Position numbers and translations under genes: made by a program. Positions 55,968 to 64,000 of a stretch of DNA of 64,000 bases are shown one piece after another (the first letter of the stretch is position 1; the number at the start of each line of letters is the position of its first letter). Source of the DNA: an uncultured Planctomycetaceae bacterium (GTDB taxonomy: Bacteria > Planctomycetota > Planctomycetia > Planctomycetales > Planctomycetaceae). The notes under the pieces are model-generated. The model worked only from the letters and a program-made list of their open reading frames with translations. It had not been told where the DNA came from and did no database searches. The stretch covers positions 256,001 through 320,000 of the forward strand of contig CAWFGE010000017.1 in NCBI GenBank assembly GCA_963815195.1, read 5' to 3'.

Positions 55968-56048
55968 TGAGCGGCTGGGCGCTAGCCGCCGGTGTGGAAT
56001 TTTCGGATGTCCCTTCATCGGGACCGGCGGCTAGCGCCGGGCCGCTCA
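55968..56048. repeat. REP-like 26-bp inverted repeat between convergent genes
   Basis: tgagcggctgggcgctagccgccggt / accggcggctagcgccgggccgctca (24 of 26 positions match). Confidence 0.8.
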
Positions 56049-56065
56049 GATTTTTCAATTTCGTC

Positions 56066-56857
56066 TCAGATCATAAAGTCGGTTTCGCGGCCGAGGATGC
56101 GGTCGATGAGGTCCTGGTCGAAATCGAGGGCCGGGGCTCCGTCGCCGTCGATGTCGGTCGGGTTGATGCCGCAATAGACCGACCAAGGCCCCAAATGCCG
56201 CCAGCGTCCCGCGCGGTGCGGTTCGTTGGGCAAGACCGGCGTCGTGCAGCGGTTGCAGCCGATGGTCGAATACCCCTGGGCATGCAGCGGGTTGATGATC
56301 ACCTCGTTCTCCGCGATGTATTTCTCCAGGTCCTCGTTCGAGAAATTGACGAGCGGATTGATCCGCAGGCAGTTCATCTCGGTGTCGATCGCGAGGATCG
56401 GGCAGGTTTCCCGCCGGCCGCCGTCCGCCCGCCGAAGACTGCCGATGAGCGCATCGAACCGGCCCTTCTGCCTGAGCATCGGCTCGGTCTTCCGCATGTG
56501 GCAGCATTCCTTCTGGCCTTCGGGCGAGAGATAAAGCACGCCCACCTCGGCGGTTTGCTGTTCCATCGTCTTTTCGGGATGGAGCGTGATGATCTCCAGC
56601 CCATATTCTTGGATGAGCCGATCCCGCGTGTCGAGAGTTTCCTGAAACAACACGCCCGTATCGACGAACAGCACCGGCACCGGGACCGTCATCGAATGCA
56701 GCATATGGCAGACAACGTTCCCCGCCCGCTGCATCGAAGACAAAGCCGCGAGCCGATTTCCAAAAATCTCCCGCCCCCAGGCGATGAGTTCCTGAGGCGT
56801 GCGTTCTTCAAAGGTCTTGTTGAGTTCGGACAAATCGCCCTGCGTGAGTCGTGCCAT
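56066..56857 (-). CDS. cysH: APS/PAPS reductase, Fe-S type
   Basis: [40 protein letters not shown]. Confidence 0.9.
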   Translation of the reverse strand: MARLTQGDLSELNKTFEERTPQELIAWGREIFGNRLAALSSMQRAGNVVCHMLHSMTVPVPVLFVDTGVLFQETLDTRDRLIQEYGLEIITLHPEKTMEQQTAEVGVLYLSPEGQKECCHMRKTEPMLRQKGRFDALIGSLRRADGGRRETCPILAIDTEMNCLRINPLVNFSNEDLEKYIAENEVIINPLHAQGYSTIGCNRCTTPVLPNEPHRAGRWRHLGPWSVYCGINPTDIDGDGAPALDFDQDLIDRILGRETDFMI

Positions 56858-56962
56858 CGTGGAAAAATTCCGGCTGAGTGATGTCTTTTTGTTGAGCCCC
56901 TGCGGGTTTCGGTGGGAATTTTAGCGAGATTCCCATTCAAGGCAACAACAGCCTGTGGCCAT

Positions 56963-56998
56963 GAAAAAAGCGACCGCGGCCAGAGACCGCAGTCGCTT
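56963..56998 (-). terminator. Intrinsic terminator of the DUF1598 gene
   Basis: Minus strand aagcgactgcggtc-tct-ggccgcggtcgc followed by T6. Confidence 0.8.
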
Positions 56999-57022
56999 CA
57001 TGATTGTGGTTGTCGAAAAGGG

Positions 57023-58987
57023 CTACTTCACATCCCACCACCAGCGGCCTTCGGGAAGCTTGGGGGCCTGGATTTTGAGGTTGTCCAGGCGTTCGGACTC
57101 GCGGTAGATCTGGTCGTTTTTGACCACGGCGAGCAGATCGCCCCGCACGCCGCCGGCGACCTGCGTGATCACCTCCCGGCCGGGGTACACTTTGGAATTC
57201 ACGACCGACATGACCGATTTGGGCGGCTCGAACCTGGCGGTCTCGTAGGTGCCGCCCTCGGCGAACACGCCGTAACCGCGTTCGGTCTCGGCGATTAGGC
57301 GTTCCCGCAGCATCAAAGCCGCGACCAGGGACAGATCGAAGATGTTCTTCAAATCGGCGAACACCAGATCCCGCTGGGCCAGTTCCGCGTAATGCTGGGT
57401 GAAGTGCTGGGCGAAGAGCCGGTTGGTGGGCTCGGCTTTTCCCGTGTGGATGCGGTTGCCGTCTTTCTCGATGAGTTCGTTCTCGGACAGGCACTGCACC
57501 GAGGGGCCTTGGATTTCGAACACCGTCCGGCTCGGGCTGTGGAGGACGGCATCGTATTTCATCGTCATCCACCAGCGGAGGGCGTCGATTCTGGGCGGGT
57601 TCTTCTGGATGGCCTCGGGGGTGAGCAGATCGAAATAGCTGGGGATGTTCGGGCCGGCGTCGAGCTTGTCGATGCCGATGAGCTTCATGCGGTAGTCGGC
57701 TTCGAGGATCACGCGGGCCACGCGGGAATCGAGCGGGATGCCGTGAAACACCGCATCCTGGAGGCCCAGCGCGTCCTGGAATTTCTTGGCGTTGTTGTTG
57801 CGAGCGGCGGCTCCGGGGCCTAAGCCGCGGGCGTTGGCGCGGGCCACGACCTCGGAGAGATTCTTGAGGCCTTCTTTGCGGGGCACGATCAGGCAGTCGA
57901 AGAACTGCCCGCCCGTCGGGGAGAAGGTCCGCATCACGGTCACAAAGTCGTCGAGCTGCATCGTCGGCCGGCCGGTGGTCGTGCCCACGGGCAGGCCCGT
58001 GTCGTTATATTTCCAGCCTTCGGCAGGGCCGGCGATCATGAGTTCCCGCGTCTTCGGATCGACGAACACATATTGGATCGCCTGGAGGCCCGCGAGGTGT
58101 TTCATGGTCGTGAGGACGGGTTGGCCGAGTTCCAGGCGGCGGGCGATCTCGGCTTCCAGGCGCGTGACGGAGACGACCCGCATTTTGCTGGGCTGGGCCA
58201 TGTCGTCGTTGAGGTCGGCCTGGCGGGCTTTGATGCCCAGATCCTCGAGCCGGCCTTCAAAATCCTGCTGGCTGAGCATGCCCAGTTGACCGTTGGGATC
58301 GACGCGGACGCCCGTCTGGTATTGCGACATCGAGCCGCCCGTGCCGTCGACGGCGACCCACGGCCCCGACGATTCATTCTGGATCAAATTAATGAGGGGT
58401 TGGAAATTCGCCATCGAGCCGCCGCCGGCGAGGCTTTGCTGCCTGGCCCGTTCGCCTTGGGCTTCGCCCCGTAATTCGGGAATGGGAATCCGGCGGATGG
58501 CGTGCATCGCCCCGTCGAATTCGCCCGCTTGAATCTGGGCGTCGGCGACGATCCGCAACAGCTCGGCCCGTTCGCGGACGTTGGCGGCTTTCTGGGCCAC
58601 ATCCATCGCCAGGCCGAACTCGCCCGCCGCGGTGTGGGCCTTCACACGATCCAAGGCCGAGGGTTCGGGTGAAGCCGGTTCCAAAGCGGGGGCCTTCGCT
58701 TCGGCGACGGCTTGCGGGGCGGGCTGTTCGTCCCGAACCGCCGGTGCGACAATGTTTTGCCGCACCGAAACCGCCGGCGTTGCGAGGTTCGTTTGGGCTG
58801 CCTGAGAAACCGCGGGAGCGGGAGAGTCCGCAGCCGCAGACGCCGGCCGCACGTGGGGATTTTCGGAGGAATCGAACGCCAGATACGTCGCCGCCGCGAC
58901 CAAACCAAACGCCGCCACGGCCGTTCCCACGACCACGCCGGTGTTGCCCCGCCGAGTGTTGCGTCGATTCCCCTGTCCGCGCGCCAT
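57023..58987 (-). CDS. DUF1598 domain protein
   Basis: GVRVDPNG, LAGL..I.YVFV.P...EL.IAGPAEGW, EADYRMKLIG, FADLKNIFD, GGV, RWWWD. Confidence 0.85.
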   Translation of the reverse strand: MARGQGNRRNTRRGNTGVVVGTAVAAFGLVAAATYLAFDSSENPHVRPASAAADSPAPAVSQAAQTNLATPAVSVRQNIVAPAVRDEQPAPQAVAEAKAPALEPASPEPSALDRVKAHTAAGEFGLAMDVAQKAANVRERAELLRIVADAQIQAGEFDGAMHAIRRIPIPELRGEAQGERARQQSLAGGGSMANFQPLINLIQNESSGPWVAVDGTGGSMSQYQTGVRVDPNGQLGMLSQQDFEGRLEDLGIKARQADLNDDMAQPSKMRVVSVTRLEAEIARRLELGQPVLTTMKHLAGLQAIQYVFVDPKTRELMIAGPAEGWKYNDTGLPVGTTTGRPTMQLDDFVTVMRTFSPTGGQFFDCLIVPRKEGLKNLSEVVARANARGLGPGAAARNNNAKKFQDALGLQDAVFHGIPLDSRVARVILEADYRMKLIGIDKLDAGPNIPSYFDLLTPEAIQKNPPRIDALRWWMTMKYDAVLHSPSRTVFEIQGPSVQCLSENELIEKDGNRIHTGKAEPTNRLFAQHFTQHYAELAQRDLVFADLKNIFDLSLVAALMLRERLIAETERGYGVFAEGGTYETARFEPPKSVMSVVNSKVYPGREVITQVAGGVRGDLLAVVKNDQIYRESERLDNLKIQAPKLPEGRWWWDVK

Positions 58988-59344
58988 GACCATCTCCCCA
59001 AGATTGAACCGAAAAACTGCGATCTGCACTAAAAATAATGCAGCCGGTTCGGAAAATCGTTCAAATTGTCGTAAGATTCCCGAGAATCTGATCGAAAAAT
59101 CAGTTCATTTCGCGGAGAATCTCACAAACCCCAATGCATATTAGCATCCCCCCTCGAAGGGGCAGCGTCAAGCATATTTCCAGATTTCTTATCCTACCCA
59201 GTTTCCCAAATGGCGAATTCAGGGAATTCGGGTCGGTCAAGACAAGCCTCTACCCCGAACCGTAAGCGAGAGTTCGTGTAACTTTAACTCTTGCTTGCGT
59301 TTCGGGCCGATGGCATATTCATTTCAATAGATGAGGACGCGGAC

Positions 59345-60196
59345 ATGCCGGAGTTGCCGGAAGTGGAGACGATGGTGCGGGGCATCCGCTCGCAGGTGCA
59401 GGGCGCTTGGATTGCCGGCCTCTTCAAATGCCGGTGTGCGTGCAAGCCGATCAACATTCGCCCAGGTTGGCCCACGATTCGGCGAAAAGCCAAGGGCCAA
59501 GAGATCGTTTCCGTCCGCCGGCTGGCGAAGCGGGTCGTGCTGGAATTGTCGTCGGGCGATTCGTTTGTGATCGAGCCTCGCATGACGGGTTTGATGCTTC
59601 TGGAGAATCCGCCGGACCGCGAACATTTGCGGATCGAATGGCGATTGAACCAGAACGGCACGCCGCGGTATTTGTGGTTTTGGGATCGGCGGGGTTTGGG
59701 GACGCTCCGGCTGTATTCGGCGGAGGAGATGCAGGTTCACTTGGGGCCGGACAAGTTGGGCCCCGATGCCCTCGCCATGACGCCCGGCGACTGGAAAGCC
59801 GCGTGCCGGCAAACCGCGCGGCCGATCAAGGTGGCGCTGCTCGATCAGAAAATTGTGGCGGGGATTGGAAACATCTATGCCAGCGAGATTCTCCACCGGG
59901 CCGGCCTTTCGCCCCAAACGCCGGCCTCTGAACTGGACGAGTCCGCGTTCGGGCCGTTGGCCGACGCGGCGAAGATCGTGCTCCTGCGGGCGATCGCGGC
60001 GGAGGGTTCCACGCTGGGCGACGGCACCTACCGCAACGCCCTCAATCAGAACGGGAGCTACCAGAACGAGCACCGCGTCTATCAAAAACAGGGCGAAGAA
60101 TGCCGGACTTGCGGAACAGGCATCATCGAACGCATCGTGCAAACCCAGCGGGCCACCTTCTTCTGCCCCGTCTGCCAAAGCTTTCCCAAAGGGTAA
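59345..60196 (+). CDS. mutM: Formamidopyrimidine-DNA glycosylase
   Basis: [32 protein letters not shown]-terminal CxxC...CPVCQ finger. Confidence 0.97.
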   Translation: MPELPEVETMVRGIRSQVQGAWIAGLFKCRCACKPINIRPGWPTIRRKAKGQEIVSVRRLAKRVVLELSSGDSFVIEPRMTGLMLLENPPDREHLRIEWRLNQNGTPRYLWFWDRRGLGTLRLYSAEEMQVHLGPDKLGPDALAMTPGDWKAACRQTARPIKVALLDQKIVAGIGNIYASEILHRAGLSPQTPASELDESAFGPLADAAKIVLLRAIAAEGSTLGDGTYRNALNQNGSYQNEHRVYQKQGEECRTCGTGIIERIVQTQRATFFCPVCQSFPKG

Positions 60197-60365
60197 CCGG
60201 CTCTGGTATAATCACCACGAAAAGTTAACAGGAAGAATCGAAATGACGATCGAACCCATTCCATTCGGCCCTCCCTCTCTTTGCCCCTTTGCGGCCTCTG
60301 GGGCCTTTGCTCCTCCGCCGAATTTGCTCTTTACCTGACCGGCGTCTTCGTGGTTTAGTACCGTT

Positions 60366-62138
<1,773 letters not shown>

Positions 62139-62213
62139 CCCCGCTTCGCGGGAAGTCCCAATGACCAAATCCCAATAGGAATGCACGCTGGATTCGCCTG
62201 AAGAGAATCGACC

Positions 62214-62840
62214 ATGAGCACCCTAGAACAATCTTCGACGATCACCCGGGAATGGAACGGCACTTTGATGACGCCGGAGGAATATGACGCCGCGTCCGAT
62301 TGGGACGAGGAATATGCTTACGAACTCATCAATGGAGTGTTGATCGTGACGCCTTCCCTCTCGGGCGGCGAACGGGGCCCGAGCGATTTATTGGGCCACC
62401 TGCTCATGCAGTATCAAGAGAGCCATCCACAAGGCTCCCACTTAAACTTTACGCTGCCGGAACACACATTGGCGACGGGGGACAATCGCCGGCGAGCCGA
62501 CCGCGTGATCTGGTGCGGATTCGATCACGATCCGGATTTGATGCGCGATGTTCCCTCGATTGTGATCGAGATCGTCTCCGCCGACCGCCGGGACCGGCAG
62601 CGGGATTATGAAACCAGGCGGGTCGAGCATTCACAAATCGGCGTCCGGGAATACTGGATCATCGACCGCTTCCACAGGCGGATCACTCAGGTGCGGTTCG
62701 CCGAGGAAGGCGAAACCGAAACGACCCTCGAAGAAGTCGCGACCCTGACTCCGCCTTTGCTTCCCGGCTTTGGATTGCCGCTCGCGCGGCTGTTCGCGGT
62801 CGCCGACCGCTGCACGCGACCCGCCGCTTCGGACGATTGA
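62214..62840 (+). CDS. Uma2 (DUF820) family endonuclease-like protein
   Basis: YELINGVLIV, RRADRVIW, PSIVIEIVS, GVREYWIID, PLLPGF.LPL. Confidence 0.9.
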   Translation: MSTLEQSSTITREWNGTLMTPEEYDAASDWDEEYAYELINGVLIVTPSLSGGERGPSDLLGHLLMQYQESHPQGSHLNFTLPEHTLATGDNRRRADRVIWCGFDHDPDLMRDVPSIVIEIVSADRRDRQRDYETRRVEHSQIGVREYWIIDRFHRRITQVRFAEEGETETTLEEVATLTPPLLPGFGLPLARLFAVADRCTRPAASDD

Positions 62841-62948
62841 CCCGTGAATCCCTCTCGCCCGAAATGCGTCCCGGCCGGCAAGCAACCGGGGCCATGCTCG
62901 GGCAGCCTTAAGTGGAGACCGGACCTGTCGATGCGGCGAAAAATCGGC

Positions 62949-62976
62949 TTGTGGCGCAATTCAGTCCCTTTAGTGT
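62949..62976 (+). promoter_or_regulatory. Candidate sigma70 promoter
   Basis: TTGTGG-16 nt-TAGTGT directly before the structured region. Confidence 0.4.
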
Positions 62977-62977
62977 A

Positions 62978-63279
62978 GAGGGGCTTAACTATGGGGACGC
63001 CACAAACGTGGGTTTCCGGTCCGCCGGCCACTTTGCTGCGGCAGCCCAGGCAGCGAAGCACGATTCGAATCACAAGGCGAGACCGGAATCGAGACTGTCC
63101 TCCTCCCCAACAGCGGCCCCTCACCGGATATCCGGGCCGGGATTTGGTTCCTACTCAAAAAAGCCCAAATCCTGGCGACACGCCGGCCGAGGTTTTCAAA
63201 AAAGCTCAAAGCCGGCGTCAAAATCCGAACGGTGGCCGCACCGCCGCGCCTCATCCGCGCGCCCGGTGCGGTTTTTGTT
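62978..63279 (+). ncRNA. Candidate structured ncRNA (5' rod, possibly 6S-like, plus four hairpins)
   Basis: Nested stems 62978-85/63115-22, 62992-97/63104-09, 63014-25/63076-88, 63031-39/63050-58; further hairpins; ends in a U-tailed hairpin; no convincing ORF. Confidence 0.5.
63235..63279 (+). terminator. Intrinsic terminator-like hairpin
   Basis: gccgcaccg / cggtgcggt stem followed by ttttgtt. Confidence 0.6.
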
Positions 63280-63289
63280 GGGCCAGGAA

Positions 63290-63505
63290 TTACTTCTTCT
63301 CCAACAACATCGCCAGCGTTTTCTCGATGCGGTCTTGGCGGGTTGTCTCTCGCTTGGCTTCCGCGATCCAGACGATATATTCCCGCTGATGCGACGGCGG
63401 CAGATTGTCAAAGGCCTCGCGGGCGGCGGGATTCGTGCGGAATGCTTTCTCCAGGTCCGCGGGAATCGAAACTTTCGCTTGCCCGGGATGGGATTTGTCT
63501 AGCAT
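63290..63505 (-). CDS. YdeI/OmpD-associated domain protein (domain only)
   Basis: IPADL..A...NP.A...F..L.PSHQREYI.WI..AKR..TR..RI; GGAGG upstream. Confidence 0.88.
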   Translation of the reverse strand: MLDKSHPGQAKVSIPADLEKAFRTNPAAREAFDNLPPSHQREYIVWIAEAKRETTRQDRIEKTLAMLLEKK

Positions 63506-63662
63506 TGCAAAACGCCTCCAGAGGATTCAGGGGACGAGCCGAGACGCGACGTGTTCCGGGCAAAAGAGAATGGTACGCCGGGCTCTACGGCGTTCGATGT
63601 GATCGGGCGGTTTTCCAGGAATCCCTCGCAATGCAAATCGAAAATTCGGCGGTCGTGATCCA

Positions 63663-63696
63663 ACAGAATCATGGTTCACAAAATCATGATACTGTG
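63663..63696. repeat. Second copy of the arm of the 54332 palindrome
   Basis: acagaatcatggttcacaaaatca at 63663-63686 is identical to 54337-54360. Confidence 0.85.
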
Positions 63697-63836
63697 AAGG
63701 GGGGCAAATAGGCAAACTTTTCCGTCAGATTGGCATTGCGTGCCCGGCGATCTTGACTAAACTTCCGCCCCCTCGTTTCGAGGGACCTCTCTCTTTCCCA
63801 TCACCTCAATCAACTCTTCGACTTCCGGGGTCCATC

Positions 63837-64000
63837 ATGCGCTGGGGTTGGTCCGCTGCCGTTGTGTTCGCTCTTATTACGCCATTTTTGCCGTCCGGCC
63901 GGGCGGGGGATTCCGACGAATCAGGTTGCTTTCTCATCGAAGAAGCCTTGGACCGCTGGGAGCACGCGTCCGCGGGTTTGATGGGCGTCGGGCCCATGGA
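63837..64000 (+). CDS. N-terminus of a probable exported protein (partial)
   Basis: MRWGWSAAVVFALITPFLPSGRAGDSDES... open to the window end. Confidence 0.5.
   Translation, partial: MRWGWSAAVVFALITPFLPSGRAGDSDESGCFLIEEALDRWEHASAGLMGVGPM

Noticed and set aside
63040..63095. tRNA, tmRNA, SRP or RNase P reading of gattcgaatc and nearby motifs
   Set aside because: No cloverleaf or CCA end, no SRP helix-8 motif, no complete RNase P P4 pairing.
62912..63502. Plus-strand ORFs 62912..63502 and 62991..63389
   Set aside because: No recognisable protein features; they cross a terminator-like hairpin and overlap the YdeI-domain gene in antisense.
63806..63997. Minus-strand 63-aa ORF
   Set aside because: The plus-strand frame from 63837 gives a signal-peptide-like N-terminus and is the better call.

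Overview
High-GC bacterial chromosomal DNA, most likely Planctomycetota (Planctomycetaceae-like). This is inferred from DUF1598, a short SecA paralogue, a planctomycete-type ECF sigma factor, YTV-like and Tyr-rich exported proteins and squalene-hopene cyclase. I found no rRNA, tRNA, CRISPR array, transposase or phage gene. Housekeeping genes: ung, mdh, rhaB, short ArgA-like GNAT, mqnE, ygfZ, PfkB kinase, shc, cysH, mutM. There are many exported hydrolases and beta-propeller proteins, and a 14.4 kb seven-gene operon (TPR-metallopeptidase, DUF4159, MoxR, DUF58, BatA-vWA, coiled-coil, vWA-GATase-like). Ten genes carry 1-nt frameshifts, mostly in short homopolymers; I read these as long-read errors, not pseudogenes. 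Best leads: (i) a candidate ~300 nt structured ncRNA with its own promoter and terminator at 62949-63280; (ii) a circularly permuted, membrane-bound ACP-like protein next to a desaturase and shc, with a 4 x 11-bp phased GTCA array upstream of the desaturase; (iii) an orphan FlgG-like rod protein with an N-terminal signal/anchor; (iv) the MoxR/triple-vWA envelope operon; (v) a truncated SecA beside a membrane-tethered STAS protein; (vi) twin cytochromes c with no conserved Met/His distal ligand. All family names come from motif recognition by eye, not from database searches.
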